A stretch of DNA of 63,332 nt, the filler included, from Octopus bimaculoides (lineage: Eukaryota), in NCBI RefSeq assembly GCF_001194135.2. It is 4 parts of 4 records of this genome, joined end to end, with 100 filler letters (N's around TTAATTAATTAA, not from the genome) between each part and the next. Parts side by side here need not be neighbours in the genome. Positions count along the whole stretch, not along the records: positions 19,571 to 51,422 come from NC_068983.1; positions 51,523 to 56,513 come from NC_068999.1; 2 more parts are not named here. One strand, 5' to 3'. Position 1 is the first letter of the stretch; each line of letters starts with the position of its first letter. The position numbers and the translations under genes were made by a program. Shown one piece after another: positions 39,544 through 52,512 of the stretch. The notes beneath the pieces were generated by a model, which did no database searches, had not been told where the DNA came from, and saw nothing but the letters and a program-made list of their open reading frames with translations.

Positions 39544-39978
39544 GAGAATATACGAAAAAACAACAACANNNNNNNNNNNNNNNNNNNNNNNNNNNNNNNN
39601 NNNNNNNNNNNNNNNNNNNNNNNNNNNNNNNNNNNNNNNNNNNNNNNNNNNNNNNNNNNNNNNNNNNNNNNNNNNNNNNNNNNNNNNNNNNNNNNNNNNN
39701 NNNNNNNNNNNNNNNNNNNNNNNNNNNNNNNNNNNNNNNNNNNNNNNNNNNNNNNNNNNNNNNNNNNNNNNNNNNNNNNNNNNNNNNNNNNNNNNNNNNN
39801 NNNNNNNNNNNNNNNNNNNNNNNNNNNNNNNNNNNNNNNNNNNNNNNNNNNNNNNNNNNNNNNNNNNNNNNNNNNNNNNNNNNNNNNNNNNNNNNNNNNN
39901 NNNNNNNNNNNNNNNNNNNNNNNNNNNNNNNNNNNNNNNNNNNNNNNNNNNNNNNNNNNNNNNNNNNNNNNNNNNNNN

Positions 39979-40050
<72 letters not shown>

Positions 40051-40841
40051 TTTTCTATTTGAGCTTATTTCTCACCGCTTGAAGTTGGAGGCTTCAAAAG
40101 CATTGCGACCAGATGCGATCAGTAATGCAGGTACCAAAATCAAAAACTGATGCTGTGAACCATTAGATCAGTTCAACTTTTCACAGTGGTTAATCAGCAT
40201 GACCGGTCGTAAGCAAATAATAACTGATAAAACAACATATATGTGTTTTTGTGCTTGTCTCTGTGTGCATGAGTGTTGACTGTTGAATTAAGATCTCACC
40301 GACGTCAAATTTTCTAAAACTCCCTTCCTCCCTCTCTCTCTTTCTCTCTTCTGCTTCTCTCTTGAAGAAAATGGCTGTAGTCACACCTGGAGAACAATGT
40401 GCTCCACTAGATTCAAAACGCAGTACAGAATCTCTGTGTGTATATATATATCAAACTCTCTCATGCACCAAATGTCAATTCCTGAAGTAAAATTCATGAA
40501 GTAAAATTGTGTAGCAACACCAAATGGCGGTGCCCCAGCATGGCCACAGCTCATGAGCTGAAACTAGATAAAATGAAATAAAATGAATATATATATATAT
40601 ATATATATATCAATGGACACCCTCGGAGCTGATAAGCGTTGAGTGTCCAAATTTCTTTATGGGTTGGATTCACAACCCCTAACTTTCTTGGATTTTATAT
40701 ATACGGTATATATTCATATGTGCGAGTGAGTGTGTCTATGTGTGTGTGTGCCTATGTGTGTATGTCTATGTGTGAGAGTCTATGTGTGTGTGCCTCTGTG
40801 TGTATGTGTGAGTGTGTATGTGTGTTTGTGTGTGTGTGTGT

Positions 40842-40873
<32 letters not shown>

Positions 40874-42202
40874 CTGTGTGTGTGTGTGTTTTAACTATGT
40901 GTCGCTGTTACACCCTCGAGAATAATGTATGAACAGGTATGTTGAGAGTCTAGTGTCACGAAAGTATGGCGGCACGCGTTATTTGTATAAAGCCGAATAA
41001 AAAAAAAAAGCAACCGAAATAATAACATTAACATAAAACAATAAACGTAAGACAAAAACAAAATGTAAAAGAAAACAAAACAAAACAAAGCAATACAGTG
41101 CATTACAGTAATTGAATTCAGTATATCAAATGAACCCTTTTCCACAAGTTTACAGTTTAATAATGCATTACATGACTAGAGTTAGTTGAAGCTAAACTGG
41201 AAAACAATATGGACTTCCTTTTTATTTTATTATGTTTTTCCTTTTAGATTGTTTCTGTTGGCTTTTATTTTATTTTATTTTACTTTATTTTACTTTATTT
41301 TTTTGTTGTGTTTTGTTTTGCTTTTTTTTCTTCCAATCACCCGTTCTGTGATATTGCACATTGATGTTCGTATTGCTATTGCAATATCTACTTCAATTAT
41401 TTTACCTCTCCCCGCCACCACCACCACCACCACCACCACCACCTCTCCCGCCAACCTCACCATCATACTCATACATACATATCACACGATGAAGAGACAA
41501 GAGAGTATCGGNNNNNNNNNNNNNNNNNNNNNNNNNNNNNNNNNNNNNNNNNNNNNNNNNNNNNNNNNNNNNNNNNNNNNNNNNNNNNNNNNNNNNNNNN
41601 NNNNNNNNNNNNNNNNNNNNNNNNNNNNNNNNNNNNNNNNNNNNNNNNNNNNNNNNNNNNNNNNNNNNNNNNNNNNNNNNNNNNNNNNNNNNNNNNNNNN
41701 NNNNNNNNNNNNNNNNNNNNNNNNNNNNNNNNNNNNNNNNNNNNNNNNNNNNNNNNNNNNNNNNNNNNNNNNNNNNNNNNNNNNNNNNNNNNNNNNNNNN
41801 NNNNNNNNNNNTATATATATATATATATATATATATCTGTGTAGTAGAGAACTAATAAAATAAGTGAGTGTATGACACTATCGGAACATTGAATTCTTTC
41901 AGTACCGAGAAATATATTTTCACTTTACTTGTTCTTATTACTTCCCAATATTCTCGTTTCTTTGACTTGTCATCATCTTCCTATTCTTGTCTTCTTTTCA
42001 TTTTCATTTTCGTTCGTTTTCGAATTTGCTTTAACTGTCTCCATGTTTCTTTTTGACCGTTTTTTCATTTCGCAAAAAAATATACATCTTTATACATATC
42101 TGCACAACACACAAGCTCGCGCACATACACAGGTATATGCATGCATACATACATGCATAAACACATAGAAACACACACACTCATGCACGCACAAATACCC
42201 TC

Positions 42203-42239
<37 letters not shown>

Positions 42240-42335
42240 TATATATATAGAGGTATATATAGATATATATTACAAAGTTTTTCTCTAACGCTTTTGTTAC
42301 TACTGCTACTATTACTACTACTGTTGCTGCTTCTT

Positions 42336-42369
<34 letters not shown>

Positions 42370-42416
42370 CACTACTACTACTACCACTACTACTACTACT
42401 ACTGCTACTGCTACTG

Positions 42417-42459
<43 letters not shown>

Positions 42460-43077
42460 CTGTTGGTTTCTTACCTTTATCATTTCGTTAATTTTTTAAT
42501 ATATGTGACTTTTATCTCTATTTGTTAGGTTTTTTTTTATTACCTTAGGCAAGGTGTGTCGTTTTTCTTATTAATTGTTAGCGTGACCGAAAAGAAAAGA
42601 GAATAGAAACAGGAAGGAAATTATTACCAAAGGACAAAACAAACAATATAAGGCTGCAATGTTAGTCGCAGACAGCATAATTTCATTGCTTAGGGTTTGA
42701 TAAAATTGAGTACCAATCAAATACTTAAGGACGAAATAATTGACCAAACGTAAAGCGTTCCTCCAGTGTAACAAGCCAATGTGTTTCACTGCTCCTACTT
42801 CAAGGAGACGAAATACCTTGCCGTATACATTTTGGATCCTTAGGTTCTGAGTTCAATATCACCGAGGTTAACTTTACCTTTCATACTTCCGTGGCTGCGA
42901 AGCAAGATGAGGACGCCTAAAATTGTTGTCGATACACAGGACAATGTAAAGGCCGTCTTGGTACTTCACTTAGGGCAGTACAGGCCGTTGTAAACGTAAT
43001 ACCATAACAATTTTTTTATATATATTTCCAGCTCAGAGCTGCGGCCATGCTGATGCACCACCGTTTAAAAGTGTGGG

Positions 43078-43197
43078 ACGCTTACAGCACCTAGGTTTCC
43101 CAAGCGGTAACCCATCTAAGTACTCACTAGGCTCGACGTTGCTTAACTTCGGTTATCGGACGAGAACCGGTGCTCTCAGCGTGATATGGCCTTAAGT
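43078..43197 (-). pseudogene. dispersed full-length 5S rRNA copy (probable pseudogene or SINE head)
   Basis: Minus strand reads ACTTAAGGCCATATCACGCTGAGAGCACCGGTTCTCGTCCGATAACCGAAGTTAAGCAACGTCGAGCCTAGTGAGTACTTAGATGGGTTACCGCTTGGGAAACCTAGGTGCTGTAAGCGT (120 nt), colinear with invertebrate 5S rRNA. The box A region is recognisable, helix I has two mismatches, and box C has substitutions. Confidence 0.92.
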
Positions 43198-43519
43198 CCT
43201 TATTGTTAGTAACTTTATAACGGCCTATTCTGCGTTGGCACTACTATCATGACAATGGCAACATGCAACGAGCCAGCGAGAGAACTTCCACCTGGTTACT
43301 CAACCTGCGAGAAAATGTAACCAAATCTTCCTCAAATTATACACTACCGTGTTAAATAAAGAAGGGTACGTCAGTCAATTAAGGTCTTGCAATAACATAT
43401 GGGAGGTAGCAATTATGTTATATAAATGATCGTTAATTAATAAGGATTTCGGTTGTCCTAGATCTGTTCGAATTATTAATATTATAGATGTTCCTAATGA
43501 AGCGATCTTGTGGAATTGT

Positions 43520-44455
43520 TATGACGCCGGGAAAATGCTTAGCGGCATTTCCTCTGCCTTTACGTTCTGAGTTCAAATCCTGCCAAGGTCGACTTTGTCT
43601 TCCGTCGATTCGAGGTCGATGAAATAAGTACTAGTTATGCACTGGGGTCGATATAATCGATTAGCCTCCCTCCAAGAGTTTATGGTTTTGTGCTTTTAGT
43701 AGAAAACGATATTATGGATGTTATCAATGAAGCAAACTGGCGGGATCGTTAGCATGCCGAGCGAAAAGCTGTGTGGCATTTCGTACGTCTTTGCGTTTTG
43801 AGTTCAAATTCCTCCGAGGTCGACTTTGCTTTTCATCATTTCAGGGTCGATAAAATAAGTACCAGTCGATGAAATAAGTACCAGTCGAACACTTGGGTCA
43901 GTGTAATCGACAAGTCCTCAGTCCCGAAATTACTGGCCTTGTGCGAAAATTTGAAATCAGTATTATAGATTATTCTAATGCGATGAGCTAGCAGAATCAT
44001 TAGCAACCGGTGAAAGGCGACGAGCTGGCAGAAACGTTAGCACGCCGGGCGAAATGCTTAGCAGTATTTCGTCTGCCGTTACGTTCTGAGTTCAAATTCC
44101 GCCGAGGTCGACTTTGCCTTTCATCTTTCGGAGTCGATAAAAAAAAGTACCAGTTACGCACTGGGGTCGATGTAATCGACTTAATCCCTTTGTTTGTCAT
44201 TGTTTTTCCCGTCTATGTTTAGCCCTCCTGTGAGCAATAAAGAAATAAGAAACGTTAACACACCTGGCGAAATGCTTAGCGATATTTCGTCTGTCTGTAT
44301 GTTCTGAGTTCGAATGCAGCCGACAGCAACTTTGCCTTTCATCCTTCTGGGTCGATAAAATAAGTTATTCACTTATTTTTGAGTACTGGGATTGATATAA
44401 TCGACTTATCTCTTCCCACAATATTGCTGGTCTTGAACCAAACTTTGAAATCAAT
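43520..44455 (+). mobile_element. head-to-tail array of SINE family A (43520-43720, 43735-43960, head at 43980-44012, dimer 44015-44455)
   Basis: Repeated gaaatgcttagc...ttctgagttcaaat...gtcgactttgcc blocks. Confidence 0.88.
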
Positions 44456-45194
44456 GTTATTGATGTTCCTAAGATCCGTTGAAATTTCAGAAATGAAGAA
44501 TAAAGGCCTAATGTCTTTGGGGTATAGGTCAACAGTGGAACGCTTTTGATCATAGATCTTCTCGATCTGGTGGTAAACAGTAACAACATCAGTAACAGTA
44601 GTGGCAGTAGTAGCAGCAGCGAGAATGTGAAAAACCATCGACTGAAATATCTATTGCTGCCTCTTCTCTGATATATTAGTGGCAGTTTCTTTGCCGTTAT
44701 TACAGCAGCAACAACATCGACAAACATCACAGAAGCAACAGCAAACAACAACAATAACTCAGACACAATCCATCAAGTGGAACCAAAATACTAAACTTAA
44801 CTGTTATAATGTAGTAGAATCGCACAATGCTGTTTATACTGAATATTAGGAAGTGACAAAGAAGACGCATGCGTTTCGTGAATTGACATTTCAGATCATT
44901 GCAGACTCCGATATTTTGTTTCGTGATGAAGAGACAGAGAACGGTAAGATACGCCAAGCGGTAAAATAACAAAAGCTTTCGACAAAGATAACTCAGGTGG
45001 GAGAATTTGATCGATAAAATAACGTGGTTTCCAGTCTACACCATAGCCATCCTCTGAATGGTCATGACCTTGTGCAAAATAAAATATGAGAAATACTTAT
45101 TGTTGTTGTTCATATTGTTTTTGTTAATGTTATTGCATTTTTTCTTTTTTTTATTCTTTTTTTCTTTTGTTTCTGTCGCTGATTGTTTCCGCTA

Positions 45195-45407
45195 GCATGG
45201 CTCTGTGGTGAAGTAGTAGACTGTGCAGCCACGTAGTTTCGAGTTCAATCCCATTGCTCGGAGCGTTATGTAAGTGTCTCCTACTACAGGCCGGTCAGCC
45301 AATACTGTGTGAGAGAATTTTATAAACAAAAGTTGTGTGGAAGCCCATCGAATGTGTGTGTGTGTGTGTGTGTGTGTGAGAACATATATACGTATAAATA
45401 TATTTAT

Positions 45408-45440
<33 letters not shown>

Positions 45441-45785
45441 NNNNNNNNNNNNNNNNNNNNNNNNNNNNNNNNNNNNNNNNNNNNNNNNNNNNNNNNNNNN
45501 NNNNNNNNNNNNNNNNNNNNNNNNNNNNNNNNNNNNNNNNNNNNNNNNNNNNNNNNNNNNNNNNNNNNNNNNNNNNNNNNNNNNNNNNNNNNNNNNNNNN
45601 NNNNNNNNNNNNNNNNNNNNNNNNNNNNNNNGTGTGTGTGTGTGTGAGAACATATATACGTATATGTGTGTGTGTTCGTGTGTGTCTGTGTCTTTGACGA
45701 GTGTTGGTTTGGTTACGTCCCCGTTACTTACCGTTTCAGCATAAGGGATCGGTAGGATAAATGCCAGATTTTAATTGACAGAAAC
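45195..45785 (+). mobile_element. SINE family B, degenerate, spanning a microsatellite-bounded gap
   Basis: 5' half gcatggctctgtggtgaag...ggaagcccatcg and 3' half gtgttggtttggttacgtccccgttactta. Confidence 0.7.
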
Positions 45786-47149
45786 AAGTGAAAGATAATA
45801 GACAGAAAATCGTGAGATGTGAATGAGCAAGCTCAAATGGAAAACTATTCCGGCCGTGGCTGTCCAGTTTTGCTTATTGCAGTTATTCTCGGTGTTATTG
45901 CTGGAATTATTATCGCTACTGCTAACGTTAACTTAATCATTGTTGCTGACAGAATACAGTAAATGGATCTCCGTCGGTTTCGATGACCAGTAATCAAATT
46001 GTAAGTGGATGACTAGTCCGCAATTACGTGTCTCAATACCGCAATCTTCACGCAGAATTAGCATGAAACGCTATGTGATCATGCTGAACCTTTGCCATGA
46101 GGTTACAACGAAACCTACTGGCTTCCGAACAGTTGCCATCTAACCAATTTCACTGACAAATCTAAGGCATATAACATAGGCCCGATTTTCATTCAGTAAA
46201 GTCGAACGTAAGATCTCATGATTTCGGAGTGAAAGTCTCAACCGTTCGACTAGGCTATGTATATAGCGTATAAGATTTTTTTCATCTCCTTCCCACTGAC
46301 TAAACTACAAAAAAGAAAAAAAAAGGCAAAAATTTTAAATTCGTGTGCTAAATGTTATTTTCTCATTGTTTTTGTTGTTATTGTTCTTTTCTGTTACTGG
46401 TGCTGCAACAATCACTGCCATTATTGCTCTTACTAGTATCGATTTGGCTTCATTGTTACTGCCGTTGTTATTAATTTTGCATCTTATTATACTCGCCGGT
46501 TGTCTTAATCTTGTTATTCTTGCTGTTGTTCTTGATATTGTTGTTAATGTCATTATTGTTATTTCTACTGTTGTTACTGTTTTGCTTCTTCTTCTTGTTA
46601 TTGATCTACTAGTAACCTTGGTCTTCTTTCACGTTTTTGTTTTTCCTCAATTTTTTTCTCTCAGTAGATACCCGTGTCATAAATTAGTTTGTGTAGTAAT
46701 TTTAGATGCTTATTCATACAAGAGATGCAAGTGAGATTATGTCTTTAACGAAACAATATCTAGTAAGCTTAATACTTCTTTGATCATTAATGTTTATATT
46801 TTGTAATTTTTTAACGTTGTTTCTTTCATTTAAAACGCAGGGTGGTAGAGAATTGATGTTTTTCGATAGCTGAGTGCGAAGATCAGTCCCCATGTATACT
46901 CTACAGGGGTCTTTCAGACAGGATGGGCGAAGGGGATTACATCAATGACTCATTCGTTGTTAAATTAGCTTTGACTGAGCAGAATTACCATCATAAACTT
47001 TCCAACTGTGATAATCACTCATCAAAACTATTGTTCATTTTTAAGACATTAATGGGAGATTTGAGAGAAATTGTGATGCTGTTTCTCACAAATCGATCCA
47101 AAATATAGTGGAATTTAAAAACGTCGATGAAAGCCCGGTATAAAACGGA

Positions 47150-47760
47150 AATACCTGTCTTCAGTCTTTTCGACCTTGTCCATTATCCAGCCTCTTTCGC
47201 TTCAGCCGCCAGACAGAGAAAAACTGCCTTCCTTCACGGTCAAAATTAGACAGGTATGAGTGCGAGCGGGACAGTTTCGTTGTTCAGTGTCTATCTCGTG
47301 CCGACCCGGGAGACAACACAGTCATGCCTGGAGAATTTATCCCACTACTTAGGTAGCACTGCCAGGCAAGGGGTTTCTATAAATTATCCATAAGTTCTGG
47401 ATCGAATGTTCGCTTGAAAAAAATTGCTAGATAATCGTCTTCATGAGCAGCGTTTCCTCGAAGATGGTGTCACTCTTGCCCGCCAATAAGCTTTATAGAA
47501 GCCCATGTTAAAATTTCTACAGACTGATTTGCATGATTGGTAGAGAGCTGTAAGCATCCAACAACAGTTTAGGTTCCACGTGCCTTGCCTCGGATTAGAT
47601 TCATCCAAGATTGCAGCTATGTCAAAGAGACGATCTGTGGAAAAAGAGTGTCTGAAAAAGGGTGACCACAACTGCTTCTGGAAAGTCGTAACCTTAGCAC
47701 GTGTCTGTATACCATTACCCACGGCATGCCTAGTTCTCCATGCAAAGGATGTTGGCATCA
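47150..47760 (-). mobile_element. L1/Tx1-clade LINE ORF2 C-terminal (zinc-finger region) remnant
   Basis: Minus strand: PLAWQCY then (frameshift) DKFSRHDCVVS and NETVPLALI, matching the Tx1-type 'LAWQCYR.ALPVRDKL.RHG...CPRC...ETV.HAL' motif order. Confidence 0.6.
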
Positions 47761-49469
47761 AATAGATTGTTCGATCAACGGAATCCGTCTCCTCTAGAAA
47801 AAGCAGAAGAACAAGCGCTCCAGTCAAGTCAACCATGAAGCGGGACAACGTACAATGATCAGGTGATATTAAATGATGGATGAGGTGTAGCCGTTCACCA
47901 CGTCCGTCTTACTATCTGGTGATGGATTCCTCTCAAACATTCATGATTGATAATTGTCACTCTGCTCATCAATTTCCTCAGTTCTTATCCACCTGGAGGT
48001 TTGAACCAAACCAGACCCCGAGCAATTTAACCGCTCCTTCCACACAGGCCTCCACAATGCTGTCAAGCAACTTGGTCATGCCTCTCTAACTACAGAACTG
48101 CAAGTATAGAACTGCAAACCGAATTTTCCTGGTCAATTTTTGTACCTGTTATTACTTTGCCCTCCCTCGTATTAATGTCAGCCAACTTGAAGTGCAGTGC
48201 CAGTCAACTCGAAAAAAAGTAACGAAATAATAACAGGACGCTAAACTTTTCATAATTTTTTTGTTCATTCCACAATTAGAAGTCATAGATTTTTATTGTA
48301 AATAAGATACAAGGAGTTGAGTGTTCTATAGTTTCCAAGAAATCTAAAACATTTGAGCTACGTATCGAAACAAAATTTTAGAAGTCCCCTAACACGCATA
48401 ATATTCATTGTAATCGCCCTTAATTATGTTATTTTGTCTTATTTATATAAAATAAAGTCTTCTGAATTTAATTTGTTTCCTGTATCAAAGCGTTTGAGAA
48501 ATTATATCATTTAAAACGTGAAACCACTTAACCAATATTTTACACCTGCATATCATTGAGCAGTTTTTGCTTTATTTAGTTAGCTTCGTGAAACTATTTT
48601 CATTTTCAGCCAAAGATAACACCAGATACAGCACACTGATAAAATGGAATCGCAATGAGTCTGTCTAGTCTTGTGACATCAATTTGAATACCTATTGTCA
48701 AGCCAGACAGTCTGAAGTTGATGAGTATCATGAATCATTATATATTGCTTGCTGTAATCTCTCGTATTTTCATATAAACGTTGTACTGGGCATGATATTT
48801 TTAATTCTTCGTCTAAAATTACTATAACGCCATTTACAACCTGTAACACTTTGTCTTTACTTAAAACCACCTTATACCCTCATCGCTGCTATTCATGTTA
48901 CTACTGGAATGGCTATGTGGTTAAAAAGTTTGTTTCGCAAACACATGGTTACGGGGTCGCATTTGCTGTGTGGAACCTTGGGGAAAGTATATCGTACGAT
49001 TAAACTTCGCGATGTACATTGGGGGTAAAATTTAACAATGGCATTAAGCATGTATAACGTAACAAAGTAGCTTCTGTATGGTCGCATAACATGCTTGAAA
49101 TAGCAGTTAAATACACTCTACTACCATATTAAATAATGTAATCTTACCTGTCCCACAAAAGGACTGAATGAACACCGCTAGTATGTTTTGATCATAGATT
49201 TACTTGATCAATGGCGACCAGGGAAAAATAACCAATAACAACAACAAGGATAATTCTACGAGACTTAAAGTAGTCGAATATTTTCCTCAAAAATTTCCCC
49301 CCATAGCAGTTCCACGTCTTGTACAAATCACTTACATCGACACGAACCAACGCGAGTGTTTTCCAGACGGGAAAACGACCAACTAAAAAATGACCTTCAA
49401 ATCTCCATCAGATCACACACTCTACGCTATTAAAAGAGAAGAGAACTAGGTAATCTTTTCTTTTCTCAT

Positions 49470-49679
49470 CTTGGCACAAGGCCCAAAATTTTGGGAGAAG
49501 GGCCAGTCGTTTAGATCGATTCCCACCCAGTACGCAACTGGTACGTAATTTATCGACCCCCGAAAGGACGAAAGGCAAAGTCGACCTCGGCGGAATGTGA
49601 ACTCAGAACGTAGTGACGGGCGTAATACCGCTAAGCATTTCGTCCAGCGTGCTAACCATTCTGCCAGTTCGCCGCCTTG
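49470..49679 (-). mobile_element. SINE family A monomer
   Basis: aaggcaaagtcgacctcggcggaatgtgaactcagaacgtag ... ctgccagttcgccgcctt. Confidence 0.9.
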
Positions 49680-50844
49680 AGAAAATCTAGATAATACAGA
49701 TCCATTTAAGTTTTTAAAATCCTGGATGGTAACGTCTGGAACATTTTTGATTGTAGATCAACTCGGCGATGTACGGATCAGAATAACGTTTACTTCTAGT
49801 TGTGTGAAATTACATTTACATATAATGCATCCTAATAATTAACAACGTAGCCTATACTAATTGCTTTACCGCATTATATATAGCAGTCAAGTCTTCTTCG
49901 TTTACATATTTTCTCGCGAGAAAGGAAGGACGATTTCTGAGAAATTGCGTCTTTATCCATAAAATGTTCATAATTGAGTTGCTCTGGGGTTAATAGCAAT
50001 AACAAAGACTTACTCTCGATAGGAAAGTATTAATAGAATTCTTTTAAACAAATTCAAAGCATATCGTCTCTAGAGAGACTTTAACAGTCTGCTTTAACAG
50101 TCGACGGATCGCGATATCGACTGATATGGGTCTCTTCAGACTCTGTACGGATTAGAACTAAACTTAATCTGGCAGAATATTTATAATTCAGTCAATATCT
50201 CATGTAAACCTCTATATTCACAAACATTCTAAACCAGAATAATTGTCTAGAAAAACGATTATCCCGCTACTTGATAGATTCCAATACCGACACAGTACAT
50301 CGTTTACTCCATAACTGAAATGTGTTCTCTTCTTGTCTTTTTTTCTACTGATTCTGTTAAGGTTTCTATCCTTTCGAGTAAGCCTGTTACTCCTTATATT
50401 CCTCTTACTTTAACTCACCCCCTTTAACTTGTATCGTCATTAAGCTTTGCTTCAAACAAGCGAGAATCGCATTCCTCAGGAGCACCCCTAAGAGAAGTCT
50501 TTATGTATTTGTTAGACCTGCCAGAAATATCAGCCAAATATCCACCAATTCATCGTTTATTGTGTCTGGAGAGTGTCATTCTCTTTCACTGCCTTATTAA
50601 CTCACCGGTCTGATTTCTACTCATTTACGTATTATTTTCACTAAAATTTTTGTTGCGAATTGCAACCTTTTCAATAGTCGTTAATTCTGTTCATTAACAA
50701 CACAACCTGCCCCTGCCACTTCCCCTCCCCAAGCTTTTAATCATGCTGCAATATCTCTTATCAATCGCCTTAAGATGCTACGTGTGTCTAGACAAGTGAT
50801 TGTAACAAACATGCAGATTAAAAGTTAAAATAATAATGATAATA

Positions 50845-51062
50845 ATAATAATAATCCTTGCTACTATAGGCACGAGGCCTGAAATTTGGGTGAGCGGGAT
50901 AGTCGATTATTAGATCGACCCCAGTCTTCAACTGATACTTATTTTATTGACCGCGAAAGGATGACAGTCAAAATTGACATCGGTTGAATTTGAACTCAGA
51001 ATGTAACAATGGGCGAAATACCGCTACGTATTTTGCCCGGCGTGCTAACGATTCTACCAGAT
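50845..51062 (-). mobile_element. SINE family A monomer with (AAT)n (its ATT tail) at ~50830-50855
   Basis: Reverse-complement match to family A. Confidence 0.85.
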
Positions 51063-51096
51063 CACCACTTTACTAATAATATTAATAATAATAATA

Positions 51097-51257
51097 TAGC
51101 ATACAGAAAATTGCACTACTGGGCACTGCACACATCCTACGCAAAACACTTTCAATACAGTAACCATAAGAGCATCACAGCAAACCACAGCACATATCCA
51201 AGGCACACAGAGCTGCGCTCCATAGTGAAATGAAAGCACATTATAAAAATAAAACTA

Positions 51258-51330
<73 letters not shown>
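51097..51330 (+). mobile_element. 5'-truncated R4/Dong-clade LINE (C-terminus + 3' UTR + (TAA)n tail)
   Basis: 51101-51163 encodes IQKIALLGTAHILRKTLSIQ*, the conserved R4/Dong C-terminal motif. A ~100-nt 3' UTR follows, then (TAA)n at 51261-51330. TAA repeats also lie immediately upstream (51073-51096). Confidence 0.85.
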
Positions 51331-51522
51331 TATGTCACTATGGAACACGAAGCTGCAATTATATAATTCTAATGGAGTATTGCACTCAAACAATATTAGC
51401 ATAAACTGTGGCATTTTCCAGGNNNNNNNNNNNNNNNNNNNNNNNNNNNNNNNNNNNNNNNNNNNNTTAATTAATTAANNNNNNNNNNNNNNNNNNNNNN
51501 NNNNNNNNNNNNNNNNNNNNNN

Positions 51523-51581
<59 letters not shown>

Positions 51582-51911
51582 TATATATATATATACATAT
51601 ATATACGTCTATAAGTATAAAAGACAGTTTGTGTGTGTGTGTCTCTGTTTGTATGTGTACGCGTGTATCTTCCTTATGCATTCCAAAACCGAGTTGTCAT
51701 TTTTGATGTATGGGGTGTCAAAAGATTCAGTACTATTTCTGGTACCAACAAAACTTTATTTTTATTGACATATTTCGATTGCAAAAATTTAAAATTATAA
51801 TATTTTCCATAACTCAACTATCGTAAGCATTTTATACGACGACATCACATTTTCTATATGAGTATGTACCTTACAAGACATCTATCATTATGACACACAC
51901 CTTCACTCACC

Positions 51912-51947
<36 letters not shown>

Positions 51948-51950
51948 CTC

Positions 51951-51985
<35 letters not shown>

Positions 51986-52471
51986 GCCATTTCATGTACA
52001 CGTATATGTATCTAATTTTTACGGAATGACCGAATGAAACTCAGAATGCAAAAAAGACAGAGAGAGACAAGAGAAAGAAAGCTGACAGAAAGTTGATAAT
52101 ATTATGTATGTTCTATAAGTGAAGGTGAAAGATGGATAGCAGGTGAGAGACAAGATGGTGATGTTTCATACCCTATGTATGTTCTATAGTTGAAAGTGAA
52201 TGAAAGCCAGCATAGAATTGATACTGTATGTTCTATAGGTGAAGGTTAAAGAAAGCCAGCACAAAGAGAGGGGGAAAGCGAGAGAGAAGGGGGTGCTGAG
52301 AATCCCAGAAATGAGGTCGTGTCGTACAATTTTAAGGTCATTATATACATATACACATTGAAGCTTTACTATAGTGTTGTAAATGTATCGACTGCTATTT
52401 CCAATAAACATTGGTGCTTTGTTGTACCACTACTCTATATTTATAGACATATATATATATATTTATATATA

Positions 52472-52512
<41 letters not shown>

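Noticed and set aside
45837-45962. 41-aa hydrophobic sORF MENYSGRGCPVLLIAVILGVIAGIII...
   Set aside because: The hydrophobicity derives from GTT/ATT/GCT low-complexity sequence wedged between SINE remnants.
48679-48870. Minus-strand 63-aa ORF VLSKDKVLQVVNGVIVILDEELKISCP...
   Set aside because: GTG start just after an in-frame stop, weak splice signals, and no recognised motif.
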